64,000 bases of DNA from Lama glama. Lineage: Eukaryota. Of this stretch, positions 49,236 through 62,381 are shown piece after piece (the first letter of the stretch is position 1; every line of letters begins with the position of its first letter). The notes under the pieces were generated by a model. That model made no database searches. It had not been told where the DNA came from and saw only the letters and a program-made list of their open reading frames with translations. The translations under genes were made by a program, and so were the position numbers. The stretch is from NCBI GenBank assembly GCA_028534125.1, contig CM052816.1, positions 51,214,001-51,278,000 on the forward strand, written 5' to 3'.

Positions 49236-51399
49236 AGTAAAAAAAAAATGAAATTAAGAAAAATATAGGCACTAGCTTACTAAGGTTAGTGGAGCATCAT
49301 TTAGCATGCAGAAATAACACTTCACAAATTAAAGTATAACCAGGGAGCTTAGCATGTATGGATAGTCAATATTCAAAGACATTTTTGTTTTGAAAAAAAT
49401 ACTTCAGTGAAAAATTTGTAATTTGTTTATTCTAAAGTTACTTATGGTACTATTATGCAATAAACTATACAATAACATAAGAGATGTTTGTAACTAAACG
49501 TTCTTTATGAAAATAATTACAGATTAACAAATTCTAAATCTACTAAATTTAATAAACAATATAGTACAAAACCTTCAAAATACAAACTAAGTAACTTCTC
49601 TTAATAAATTCAGCCGTAGAGTTTTTAGAGCATTGAGCATTTAACCCTGCTATTTAACATGGATGTTGGATGTCCATTCAAAATATCCTTTAATTTCTCT
49701 CACCTACATATTTCTAGGCACTGAAAAACCCATCTAACCTCTCTATGTCCTCCTATGCAAGCTCTTTATATCTTGCCCTCATGGTATTTTCCAACTGTCT
49801 GCCTTAAACAAAGAGTCCTTTCTGGCACTGGCTTGTTGCTAGTCAGTATTTAGCTCTCTCTTTCTGTAGCTAAGAGAGAGCAACCATCTGCTTCCCACAG
49901 CTTTTCATTCCTATGATAGCTTTCTGCTCTTTCCTCTCCCAACTCAGATACAGAAAGCAAGAGATAAAACAAAGCATCTTAGGTCCACAAGAAGCTGTAG
50001 AATACTCAGGGGAGTTTCCTCCCAATCAGGAAAATGCTTCCTTAGCAACCAAGTTACTAAGGCCAATTAACCTTCCTTCTCTATCAATATTCAATTTACA
50101 TTGAAACCCTTTTTGGTTAAGCCCTTCAGTTTTACAATGAGCTTTCTGGCAGAGAAAAAAGGTACTTCTGTCTTAAAGGAGCCAGGCCTTTTCTCATGAA
50201 TTCAAGTGTGATTTGAACGAAACATAAAGTGTTAGGTGATTTCCTAACATGATGTAAGAAACTGGAAACAGAGAAATGGCACAGAAATTAAGTGCAATCA
50301 ACCAGCATAGGCCTAAAATGAGACTGGAACATTTCAGAGCAACCAGAGACTAGATACCATGGAGAATAAGAGAAAAGATTCTTTGTAGCCGCCATGGTCT
50401 CATACTTGCCTTGGCTGATTTACGTCCCTTCCCCAGGACCAACAAAACCCAGGTTACCACTAAATAATCACAGCATCAGTAAAATTCTAGAGAAAAGATG
50501 AATGTAAGAGAGAAGCACAGACAGTATTAAAACCAAAGAATTCCCTTTCAGGCAAGAAAGTAAAAAATTAAAACTAGAGGAAACAGCATTTCAAAGTCAT
50601 GAACTAACTTAGAAATAGTAAAAACTATAACACATTTAAAGAAAAGGAGGTGCTTTTATAAAACCATACAAATGTACAACTAAAATTCTCCCTCCTCCCA
50701 AGATTTCAAGCTGTGAGATGGAGGCTACATTTTTCTAAATCTCATAATTAAATTAATATACTGCATTCTAGTTAAGGCAAGGAAAATGACAAATATTATA
50801 CAATAGGTAATTAGTTGTATTCTGATGTTCATTTTCGAGGTCTTGATGAAGTAAAATCCTTTGCTGAATAATTTTAAAGTTTCTTTAAATTCTAAATATA
50901 ATGCAAAATGGAACAACTTGTATCTAGTAATTTATAATAGGCACTATAAATCATCCTTTGGCAGTCTGGCAGCAGCTCTCCAATAACAACATGCAAACCA
51001 GTATATCTCAAAACAATCCTTGCTTCTAAGTTATAATACAGAATTTCAGAACCAGTTTTGTTTTCTGGTATTGTCACTTAACATTTGCAGGACTCTATAT
51101 CCCACCTGCACAAAGATTTACTCTGAACAGTAAAGCTGCCTTCAGGTTGCTCTGATAAAAATTAACATTAGTTAATCCTTGGCTCCCATATCCTATTTGA
51201 TCCTCATAACAACCCTGTGAGTCAGGGATTGTTACCGTGCCCTTCCTCAGGTGAGATGTTTGATGTTGAAAAAGAATGGAGAAAGGAATATAAACCTTAT
51301 GAAGTGCCCACCACTTTTTGAGCAATGGTCAGGAGTTTTCTTCCAAGACAGCATTTAATGCACAACTCCCAATTCCCCACCTCCTGGCTCCTTTAAGTA

Positions 51400-51545
51400 T
51401 TTGGAACCCATGTTAACAGATGAGGGATTTGAGGCTCAAAGAGGTTCTGTAACATGTTCAAAGTACACAGTTAAAATGAGGGAAAGTAGGGATTTAAAAC
51501 CAAATTTGTCCAACTTCAAAGCCCTGTTCTTTCAATCATGCCATA
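51400..51545 (-). mobile_element. MIR fragment (a second MIR piece lies at about 51160-51260)
   Basis: acagatgagggatttgaggctcaaagaggttctgtaacatgttcaaagtacacag; tttgatcctcataacaaccctgtgag. Confidence 0.78.
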
Positions 51546-51621
51546 CCTGAAGCCCATGGCAGCCCCATTATGCTACTCTCCAAATCCTTTACACTGACGT
51601 TAGCAATTACCAAGGTCTAAG

Positions 51622-51862
51622 TAATATTTTCTAAATGTGAGTTATGAACCATTAGGAGGTTCTAAAATCAATTGCTGGACTTCAACCAGTATTTTTTAAA
51701 AAACAAAATAGAGCAGAATAATAGAGTAGGTAGATCAAAAAGAATAAGAATTGTTTCTAATGAATCTTGGTTTCAAGTATGTGTGTATGGAATGTACTGA
51801 GCCTTGATGCAAAATGTATTTCTTACTGTGGGTTTATATCAAAAAAAGTTTGAAAGCCACTG
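51622..51862. mobile_element. hAT-Charlie non-autonomous element
   Basis: Ends aaaatgtatttcttactgtggg..aaaaagtttgaaagccactg, with flanks gtctaag / gtcttag. Confidence 0.75.
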
Positions 51863-53229
51863 GTCTTAGCGGATGCTCTCATATAGACTCAGATCACGGA
51901 AAGACTTATCAAGGGACTAGAAACCACTCTGCTCAACTCTGTTTACTTAAACAACATCAGGAAACACAAGACAGGAAGCCCCTTCTCAGACAAGGCAGAA
52001 AAAGGATTACCCAGAATCAGCATGGGAGAAGGATGCTGATTGTATAATTACACACCTCCTTCATAGCAGCTCCAGTCCATCAAGTAGATAGTATGGTTTA
52101 TTTTTTACAGCACTAATTATGTAATTATCCATAACATTAAATCAGTTCCACCTGATTCAGTCTATCAGAGGTTTCCTGAGACATTCATTTGTTTATTATT
52201 TTTAAAAAGAATGCTAAACTACCAATCATCTCATATGTAAAGCTCCAGTGTGGAAGCTGGCAAACTTTTCTTGAAAAAAGATCTTCTGTCAAATGTGACA
52301 CTTTTGGTCCTTTGGGATAAATGATAATTGAAATTTCATCTTAATATACCTTGGAGCGTCTACAAACAGATTTCAGACAATACCTGGTTATTTCCATTTA
52401 TTTAAGGTAGAGTTACTTTTTACCCTTAGGCACGTTCAGAAATAAACTTCAATAAATATTCCTGGCTACTTTATTTAATAAGTACCATTTAATAAACAGA
52501 GCAAAAAATGACAATGACAAAATACTTATTCTAACATTGCTGACTTTTAGTAAGTTAACAGTATATTGGAGAGAGGGGAAATTTTAAATAGTCCAATACA
52601 GAAAAATCACGATACAAGCTATATTAGTGTCTTACATGCCAGGCACTGGGTTAGATGCTAAGGACACAGTGGTGATGGAAGTGATCTAATCAGGTCAGTG
52701 CTTAGAGTCCAGAAGTAGGGTTCAGAACCACTATTTCAGTTTGAAAATGTTTTGTTCTCTCCCTGTAAAATAATTCATCCATATTTTTAATAAAGCCCCT
52801 TTAATAGTGAGCATTTCAGGGACTACTGGAAGAAATACTGGGGCTATGTGAGTCCTGTTATATAAGGAGCAATCTACTATCCCAGTTCTGGGAAATGATT
52901 TTGTAGTTAAAAAATATTCTATATAACAGTCTTTATCTGACAGTTTAAAAAATCCTGACAAGTATCTAATTTCGTTCAAACTAAAAAAAAAATAAAATTC
53001 AACAATCCCTTAAACATCTAAAGATTGCAGTTTACCATGATATTTCACATTTCCATTTCAACATTCAATTTCTTTAGAATACATAACAAGATTGTTTTTG
53101 AGCCTTGTGTAGAATATTATGCTGATGGATATTTCTTTCACTATAGAAAATACTTTTTAATTAACCTTTTCAAATTAATTAAGGAAGAAAAAGAATTTTA
53201 AATATAATTTTTTCACTTTGCAAGGCTTC

Positions 53230-53403
53230 TTTTTTTATTACTGTTGTATTTTGAAATAATTATAGATTCAGAGTAAGTTTAAAAAAAAGTACAAAGAGGT
53301 CTTGTGTAATCTTTACTTAGCTTCCCCCAATGGTAACATCTTAATAACTATAACAAAATCAGGAAATTGACATTGGTACAATCCACAAATCTCACTCAGA
53401 TTA
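53230..53403 (-). mobile_element. L1MC 3'-end fragment
   Basis: ttttgaaataattatagattca..cccccaatggtaacatctt..aggaaattgacattggtacaatc. Confidence 0.8.
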
Positions 53404-54761
53404 AACATAATTAATAAAATACTTCTGAAAACTCAAATATTTTAAATTCTATTTAATCTTTTGTGAGAACAAATCTCATTTTACTATATTCCAAGCAATG
53501 TGTCCCTCTCCACACATGGATGAGTTTCCACTGACTTCAAAAAAAAATCAAAGGGAGATGAAGAAGTATAAAATAGTGGTTTTACTTTCATTTATTTTAG
53601 ATTTAATTATAAGATCAAGATAACCTGCTCAGAAATTTTCCATGAAAAAAAAATCCACATAAAGTTTGAAACCCCCAGTCAATCCATTAAAAGATTCTTT
53701 TTTAAAGCTATATCAGAAAAAGCATCTCAAACTTATTTTTTGTAAATGGGAGAAATATATAATTAGAGTAACTAAAATTACACACTAAATGTTCTTCCTC
53801 AGAAACAACTAGCTCCTATTAGACCTTTACAACTGGACATCATTCCACACTGAAAGTTAGATTTTCATACAGAAAATATCAGCTCAGTATTGTCTCAAGT
53901 ACACACACATCTGCTGCTAGAAATGATCTTACTTTTGATTTTAAAAAACATCCCAATATTAGAACTATACATAAAGGAAGCTTTCTGATATAACTTACTG
54001 CTGAGTTAAAATATAATGGCTATGGCAGGTGCCTGTACAAAGGCTTTTCTACTGGCTTGAAAAGTAGAAAGAGAATTAGTTACCTGACTGGATTGATTCA
54101 ACTGATTTCTCTCAAAAAATAGATTCTCTCTTTGCTCTGCCAAGAAGAACAGAACACAGAAAATTTGAAAGGTAGAAGTAACTTTAAGAAGCCACTTAGG
54201 TTATAGGTGGTCACTAAATCTAATAGTCTCTGAATTTTGCAAAGTGGTATTACTCAGGTACCAAAGGCCTAGAGAGAAAAGAAGATTCAGGAGAATGTGA
54301 AGCATGTTCCTGCCTCTATATAAGACTTCCTGGTTTCACAGCAGAACACTAAATTGCTTTAAGACCCCCAAGATTTTATTAGATTGTTCACATAGTTTTA
54401 GTGCCACATTTATATGTGGTTTCTAATGAGTTCTGAGAATAAGTTAACACACACTTCTGTCATATAGTCATTAAAGAAATATAGTTTATATAATAAATAC
54501 TATACTTAGTACAATAATCCACAATCTTATTGAAACTGCAAATCCTAATCAGACTCAACTGGTTTTCAGAATATCCTATGCTCTCCCCTCTCAAACACTA
54601 TACCACTCTGTGGCATATATTTACACTCTAAATTAAATAAAATTCAAATTTACTTTGTCTTTGAACATTTTCATAATACCTCAAGAAAAACATAAAAATG
54701 GGATTATGGGATTGCGGTCTGCTGGATTAACAGTTATTTTCTTTAAAAATCCATTTATCTT

Positions 54762-54872
54762 GGAGGAAGGTATAGCTCAGTGATAAGAGAGCATGCCTAG
54801 CATGCACAATGTCCTGGATTCAATCCCTAGTACTTCCATTAATATAAATAAATATATAAACAAATAAACCTA
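54762..54872 (+). mobile_element. Camelid tRNA-derived SINE (Vic-1 type)
   Basis: Head ggaggaaggtatagctcagtgataagagagcatgcctagcatgcacaatgtcctggattcaatccctagtacttcc plus an AT-rich tail. A 14-bp TSD aaaaatccatttat (54745-54758 / 54873-54886) sits at a TT/AAAA site. Confidence 0.92.
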
Positions 54873-57800
54873 AAAAATCCATTTATTATATTATATTATA
54901 TTTATATTATAAATCTGTCAGTGTTAGTTTCATTAAATCAAAAAATAAATACTGAGTGACTGTTACAGGTACTTCCATTTGTGTCTACACACATTAAATA
55001 TAACAGATTTTCTGGTATTTTAGCATTGCTTTAATAATTACATTTTCAAATAGTAGGGGTAATCATACTTATTACTCATCATTTACATTTATCAACATGT
55101 GTATAATTCAGTCTAAAAATAGCAGTTGCTTTACAGAGAAATTGTTAACACTGAGAACTGTAGCTTGCCATTTATTCCATTATATTAAAAAAAAATCCAC
55201 AATATTCTGACATAAGAGTCTATTTCAGCCATACAAAATAGAACTCATCCTAGAAGCCACTTAATAAAATCCTTAGGGCAAATGAGTATATTTGAAGACC
55301 TGCTTACCTCAGAAGATCATCATTCTCTGAATACATTCTTTTGGCAATTGAGATCATCTCCTGTTACTGATTCTCAGCTTTATGCTTCAGGAAATTTATG
55401 ATAGGTTGTTTTTTGTTGAGGGCTTTCTTTAATATTCTACCTGCCTTGGACTAAGGAAAGTCCCAGTTAGTGGACTACAAGGCCTTAGGACAAAAATCCT
55501 TTTTCCCAGTAGCATACTATTGCTATTTTTATGACTCAATCATTTTCATAGTTTTAAAAAATGTAATCTGAAGGTGTAACCTGAGGCTTTAAAGTAATGA
55601 AGATAGTAAATGAATAAATAAAATGTGCTCAATACGCATCTCTGATAACTCTTCAAAAGGAAGAAATGGAACTTCAGACAGAAGAATCCAAAGTTGAATA
55701 ATATAAAAAAAATCACTGACCAACTTAAAATAAATATTTATGGGTACTTATATTGAATTAATCAAAGGGCAAAATCTGGGCCATTTCTGTTCTATGAAAA
55801 TGATTCAGAATTTCATAAATAAAAAAGTTAGAGACAAAAAGAAAATGCAAAGCAATGTCACACAGAAAGCTACTTCTATAGGAAAGACTTTCAGGCATTT
55901 CTCTCTTCTAAGTATGCATTAATAATTTTTACTACTGATTATTAACAATCAATATCCATGCTGAATATTCATCTCACTGTATCCTTTCACTAAGAGTGGT
56001 TTAATGTTAAACATGATAGAAAACTTACACCTTGTTTCTCCATTCTAGTCACTGTAGTCTTTATTAGCCAATGAGTTAATTTATAACCCTACAAAATATT
56101 TTTAAAGGTTAGCAGTTACTTTGCAATAATATTTACATATGAGTTTTAAAGGTTAATAATGGCTAATCTTCATCAAAAAATTATCTAACTGGAATATAGA
56201 GCTTGTGTTCCCACTTCCATTCTCAAACTATTGTTTTATTTACATAAATAAGGCTTTGATAAGAACTTTCCACAATACACTCATATTCATTAAAGGAGAC
56301 CAACTGTTAAATCACATTTTCCTTACTATTAAATGATCATACTTTAATTTCTCTAAGGAACATCTTCAATTAAATCCAAAAAATTCATAAGTTGATAAAG
56401 TGAAATATTAGCACCAACATCCATTTATGGAAATTAGTGTTACATATAATAAGATATTCCAAAGAGTGTTGATTATTTTGGCTCCTACTGAAAATATTCA
56501 TTTACATTTACAAGATTTCAAATTGAGGCAGTAGATTTCTCTTGGTTACTGGTAAAGAAAGGATTGTGTTCAAAAATTGCCAGTTTGGTTTGTTATTTCA
56601 CAAACTCAAAAATGTCACAAGCAAATCATATTAACTACTTTTAACAATAAACGTCTCATCTAATGATTAACCTATAAGAACTCCTGTTCCCCAAAACCAG
56701 TACTAAGATACCCCAATATATTTAGTAGATTTCTGAATATCATTTCACTCTTTAAAGTATTATTTTAAATTATATTTTAAAATTTCAAAGAAGACATAGA
56801 TTATGATTTTCACAAATTACTTCACTTACATATTCCATTATATTTCACACTGATTTTTAAAATCCTGTGATTATCTATATACCATTATAGATAATCTCAC
56901 AGCCATAAAAATCATAAATCCAACTATCCTTCTACAGTCAAGATTGTCAGTTCTGGTTAGAACAAAAAAGTGAGTTGATCTCCCACTTCATACATGGCCA
57001 ACTTTTTTTTCAATCTTCTTTAAAGCACCTATTAATAGAGGCATTCTTTTAAGCATCTTTAAACTGAAAATGTGATATGCAGATATTGACTGGGCTTTAA
57101 ATTCTTAAGAGAATTCAGAGGTCCCCAGCTCAGTCTACTACACAATGTGGAATCCTTGCTATAATATTACAGTCTGGGTAATAAAAAGATGGCCTAAGGA
57201 CCACTTGCAGCCCTTATATATAGTGTTTCTGGACTACAGACCTTTTTTTCACTTTTTTAATTAAACCAACACACAAATCCAGACCTCGGCCTTCTCTTGA
57301 AATTCTACCTGGAGCTGCATATGTAAAGCTCCTTTGGATGAGCCATGTCCTCTCCACTTCTCCACACCTCCCACCACTTCCCATCAACCTGCTTTACTCA
57401 CTCATCAACTGCTTGGTGCATTAAGCATCTGAGTATTTCAGTCAGTAACCGCTGTTCGGAGAAAAAGTTATCTACTGTGTGACTGAACATTTCCATGAAA
57501 GGGGAGGGAGCTCACAACTTTGCAAGATGACCAATTTTATTGTAGGCAACTCTAAACAGTAGAGAGATTTGTCTAGAATAATTTCCAGACACAAACTAGT
57601 TCTATTGTTGGAAACAAAATGAGTCTACTTTCCCTTCTACAGGAAAGGCTTCTAGATATCTTAAGACAACTAACTTTCCTGGGTCTTCAGTTCTAGTTTA
57701 ACATCCCCACAACTCCCAAATATTCCTCATAATAATATATTTTCAAGCCCACTCATGGCCCTTGGCATGCTTCTCTGCATGGATAAATTCTACTTATGAT

Positions 57801-57897
57801 TCATTTTTAACTATTATTTATGGATTCATTCATTATGCATTCTAGCCATCAGAGTTGTTCTTCACATGTAACAACGTAATATTTCCCTGATCTAGAT

Positions 57898-58388
57898 CAG
57901 TGATTTTCCAACTTTTTGGTTTCAATACCCCTTCACATTTTTAAAATTCACTGAGGACTCCAATGAACTTTTGTTTAAGAGAGTTACGTTGATGTTTACT
58001 GTATTAGAAGTTAAAATTGAAATTAAAAAAGATTATTAGTTCACTTAAAAAATACATGGAAAAGATACTTGGTAATATAATAGTAAATTTCTATGAAAAA
58101 TAGATACGTTTTCCAAAACAACATTAATTAGTAAGAAAAGCAGCACTGTTTTATATTTTTGAAACTTTTTTTAACATCTGGCTTAATTGGAGACAGCTGG
58201 ATTCTTATAACTATTCCTGCATTCAATCTGTTGCAATATCACATGAAGGTAGCCTCTGGAAAACTTGGGGAAAATGAAAGTAAAAAATGTAGATAACATC
58301 TTAATACTATTAAATAGTTTTGACCTTATGGACCCTTTGAAAGGGTCTCTGGGACCCTCCAGGGATCCCCAGACCATATGTGGGATCC
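57898..58388. mobile_element. Charlie1-derived hAT element
   Basis: Starts cagtgattttccaactttttggtttcaatacccc after atctagat. Contains agacagctggattc and gaccctttgaaagggtctctgggaccctccagggatccccagacca. Confidence 0.82.
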
Positions 58389-58604
58389 ATTTATGCTTTA
58401 ATTAATGTAGCTTAGGTTCCAGTTAGTTTCTCTAGCATCCATGGCATTCTTTTCACTTATCTTGAGCTTGTGGTCAACCAAAATTACCAGCTCTTTCTCA
58501 AACAAACTGCTGTCATGTCAAGCCTCCCCCTTGGCATCTAAATGCAGACCTCATACATATACTTCCTCACAGATCCCATTTTGTTGGTTTCAGGTTACTC
58601 TTTG

Positions 58605-59033
58605 GTAGTAGATGCTGTTAGTGCCCTGCCCAGGTCTCCTTAAGGCTATTATACCCATCCTCACTCAGCTGTTGTACTTGTTGGCTGATAACACACAGTG
58701 GTCCCCTTCTCTGAAGAATTTCTCAGTAATACTGAAGTCATCTTGCTTGGGTAGCATGTCTACCTCTATGTTAGCCAATGACTGATCGTCAAACCAATAA
58801 CTGTCACAGAGTACAAAAGGCCAACCTCAAAGACACAAGTTTGGGCTAATTCTGGGTATCTATCCTCCAGAGCTTCACAAGAATCAGACTAAAGTTAGTC
58901 TCTAGCTGAAACCATAACCTTTCTTAGCTTTTATCCCTTGTTCTGTCCTGCTTCTGTCACTCTCTTTCTCCTAAGAGCACAACCCTAATAAGTCACTTTA
59001 ACAGGAATCTCCATCTCAGGCTCAACCTAAGAC
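58605..59033 (+). mobile_element. ERVL LTR16-like solo LTR
   Basis: tagtagatgctgttagtgccctgccca..agccaatgactga..taataagtcactt..ccatctcaggctc..aacctaagac. Confidence 0.82.
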
Positions 59034-59147
59034 CTTTTTCATCCCATCAAGACTGTTGCAATATCAACTCTATCAAACATCATATTAACTAACCATCTCA
59101 GTTATATAGCACCTCAAATATGCTAAGCATTCTATTCTAAAGTAGTG

Positions 59148-59252
59148 CAGTGGTTCTCAAAGTGTGTCCTTGAACCAGCAGCATCAGCATAACCTGGGAA
59201 CTTGGAACTGCAAATTCTCAGGCCCAGTCCAGACCTACTGAATCACAAACTT
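59148..59252 (+). mobile_element. MER5A fragment
   Basis: cagtggttctcaaagtgtg..accagcagcatcagcataacctgggaactt..gcaaattctcaggccc..agacctactgaatca. Confidence 0.9.
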
Positions 59253-59259
59253 CATCACA

Positions 59260-59800
59260 GAGTAACCATAAGTAACTAATCCACTACTGTTGAACATTTC
59301 AGTTGTTTCTATTTTTTCCCATTATAAATAATGGGAAAATGAGTACACTTGCAGGTAAATCTTTGTGTACATTTCTTATTATTTTATGAGTATTTGTCTG
59401 TAATTTACTTTGATGTAAAAGCATTACATCAAAAAAGAAGATGTATTAATAGATGAATAGAGGGATAGATATACAATACAGCAAGCACAGCAAAGTGTTA
59501 ATGGTAGAGTCTAGATAATAAGTACATGGGTGTTCCCTGCAAAATTCTTTCAATTTTTTCATATGCCTGAAATTTGTTGGGAAATGTTGCCAAAAAATGT
59601 TGAAAAAAATTATACTTTACTAAGCTAAATTCCTAGAATTGGAATAGATCTTTCATTGTATGTGCACATCTTTAAACTTCATGAAGTTAAAACATCAACC
59701 AGAAAGTGTCAGTCCCCTCACGCTGTCAACACCACTTTTGAGTGTTTTTCAAATCTCTGCCAGCTTGTTAGGTAAAAACTGGTAGTTCATCCTTTAAATC
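59260..59800 (-). mobile_element. Ancient L1 fragment containing an opposite-strand L1ME 3' piece (about 59430-59610)
   Basis: Minus piece: tgttgaacatttcagttgtttctattttttcccattataaataatg. Plus piece: gcaaagtgttaatggtagagtctagataataagtacatgggtgttcc. Confidence 0.65.
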
Positions 59801-61054
59801 ATCATCATATGCATTTTCTAAAGTTAATACATAAGAGCCGAAAAGCTTCCTAACATGCTTGGCTTCAGATATGATGTTGGTTTTTCGAACCACGAAGCAG
59901 TAATCAAGATTTGAACATTCACTCAGGGCACTTTACTCTATTACCAAGCACAATACCCTCACGAATAACTTGCAAACTAAATTATATTGGCGAGAGTTAC
60001 TTTCAGGCCAGCATCATACACTGGCAGAGGGGGTTAGCACTGGATTGACAGATAGGTCTGATTTAACAGGTCCTGAGAAAGGGCTCTTCCTTAAAAAAAA
60101 AGTCTCCTTTCCCATTTTACCAGGATACTCGGAATTCTAAGCATTAGCTTTCTTTCTTTATGTTGAAGCAATTTGATCCCCACCAATTTTATTTTAAAAT
60201 TCAAGTATTTTACTTCAGTATGGGTTCCACATAATTATGGTGCATCCATAGGATGGAATGCATTAGAGCCATTAAAATATGGATATCTACATTTACTGAC
60301 AGGGAAAGGTATCCATGCTATCCCTGCTTATTGCAGAACAGAGCTACGTATGTGTGTATATGATAGAATGTATGAAACTAAAATATTAATAGCTATTACT
60401 TCCAGTTGAAGGATGTATGGGAATTTTTTTAACTTTTTTATATATTTCTCTATTGTTTATTTTTACAATGGATATATTAAAAATTTTATTAACAATAAAA
60501 AGTACAATAAGGCTATTTGCATTTTGATCAAAAGAAAATTGAAAATATCCCAGAAAACCATTAATCCATTATTAGTACCTTATTAAATTTTAATTTAGCA
60601 AGATTTTCAAGTCAAGGTTAAAGTCCCCTAAGGAATGAGACCCAGATCCAGCATATTTTAAAAGGCATGAGGAAAAAAATTAAAGGCAGACTAGGCAAAG
60701 AGGTCTCTACCCAAGTCTTAAACAGCTGAGGGTCAGGCCTGTATTATCCTGGGGGAATTTCACTGGAGAAAGATCAACAGGCAACAGAAAGCATGTGGTC
60801 TTCAGATCAAAGAGAAACCAAAAGGGTGAAGACTCACCACAATCTGTACAGACGTGGAGTGGATCTTTACCACAGTTCCCGCTTTCAATATTATACGAGA
60901 AAATACCTCCTACAAATGATGTTCACTTTTCCTCCTACAGCAGGCTAGGATCTGATGGCAGTTAATTTTTTAAAATATATATTTATCAATTTAAATTTTT
61001 ACTTCATACTTTACAAAGACTGAAAAGGAAAATGTGACATGTTAAATCACTCAC

Positions 61055-61162
61055 CTCCATCGGAAGACATGTCTGTACAAGGGCAGATGTTCCTGGATGT
61101 GACACTGTAGTCCCACTTTTAATTTGCAAATGTGTTTTGCACATGTAGCCATCAGAAGAGTC
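61055..61162 (-). CDS. ATG10: ATG10 internal coding exon (E2-like autophagy conjugating enzyme), 36 aa, about residues 37-72 of the human protein
   Basis: The minus strand reads ...ggtgttggaacacag|GACTCTTCTGATGGCTAC...CCGATGGAG|gtgagt, with canonical acceptor and donor, 108 nt, phase 0/0. The translation DSSDGYMCKTHLQIKSGTTVSHPGTSALVQTCLPME aligns without gaps to recalled human ATG10 DCSDGYMCKIHFQIKNGSVMSHLGASTHGQTCLPME. Confidence 0.96.
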
Positions 61163-61549
61163 CTGTGTTCCAACACCAAAGAATACATAAGAAAATGCCA
61201 ATTATTGTAGGAACTCATCATTCTAAGAACTACAGCTTCTCATAAGCTCCAAAACAAGCAATGAAAGACCAAGTATGTTAGATGAGATGAGATAATATGG
61301 ATAAAGAAATTCATCCAATATCCCTGCACATAGTAGATACTCAATAAATAGAAGTTTTAATCCCTTACCTTTCTCAGCTATTAATGATCTCTCTCCTTCT
61401 CTTAGATTAAATCTCCCCCACCTCCTTTTTGTCCCAAGCAGTTCATAGCACAGAAGCCACAGAACAACGCTTTAGGTTGGCAGCTATTAAAAAGCATTTA
61501 AACTTACAGAAATACCTTATCACGTAATTAATATTTATGTCCATGGCAT

Positions 61550-61930
61550 ATATAGAAAGAGAAATTTTAGGAGAACTTGAATCTAGAAGGAACCCCCATT
61601 TCAATTTGTTGTTCAAAGCAACATCTCCATTAAAAGGTCCCAGAAAGGTAATTATGCAGCACTTCCAGGAATCTGCACTTTACTCCCTTACATGACTACC
61701 TCCTCCATTGTGGTTTACAGCACATTGCTCATTGAGAAAGTTTTGTCCTATATTGCACTGAAATATTTCCCTTCAACCTTAATTCACTAGTTCTAGTTCT
61801 TCCCTCTGCAGTCTAAACTCTTTTCCACTGAGCCATCCTTCAAAGAGCTGAAGACAATTACCACCATTCTCAAATGTTCATTAGAAGATATGATTTTCAA
61901 GCCCTTCACCAGTTGCATTTCTCTCCTGTT
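61550..61930 (-). mobile_element. L3/CR1 3' fragment
   Basis: tgagaaagttttgtcctatattgcactgaaat..cactagttctagttcttccctctg..agccatccttcaaagagctgaagacaatta. Confidence 0.6.
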
Positions 61931-62381
61931 TCTTGTACTTACATTCATTAGTTAAGTACATTAATGAATGATGTTCATCTAACTGTGGTCAGTTCCTTTT
62001 TTTTTTTTAGGCAAAACTTGTTTGAATTTAATGAAGTCATGTGTAAAAACGTAGTATCTCCTGCACAAACACACATACATATCAATGAATATTATTAATT
62101 CTCCACCAAAATGTCACACTAACACTCATATTTTAACAGAATTAAAATAATCATAATTAAAGATGTAGCTACTTTATCTGATGTAGAAAAAAAAAAATAG
62201 ACTAGCATCTCCCAGCTAAAAAATTCATAGTTCACTGAAATACTTTTAGTAAGATTCAAAAATCTAGTTTTTAACTATAAAATAAGAACATTTTTATAGT
62301 GTCTGTGAGCAACTTCATACTGAACATTTTTTAAAATTTTGCATCATGCCAACTATGTAAGAGCATTTGATTTTAGGTAAC

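Larger units (their letters stand above)
57460..59140 (-). mobile_element. Fragmented L3/CR1 interrupted by Charlie1 and LTR16 elements
   Basis: ggagctcacaactttgcaag..ttctagtttaacatcccc..; cttgagcttgtggtcaaccaaaattaccagctctttctc. Confidence 0.6.
1..61054 (-). other. ATG10: Large ATG10 intron downstream of the 108-nt exon (continues beyond the window)
   Basis: Begins with GTGAGT at 61054 on the minus strand. The next expected coding exon (EAFELPLDD...YEYHVLYSCSYQVPVLYF) was not found by eye in the window. Confidence 0.8.

Noticed and set aside
61004..61201. 65-aa single-exon ORF as listed in the ORF track
   Set aside because: Only 61055-61162 is coding; the ends are intronic read-through beyond the splice sites.
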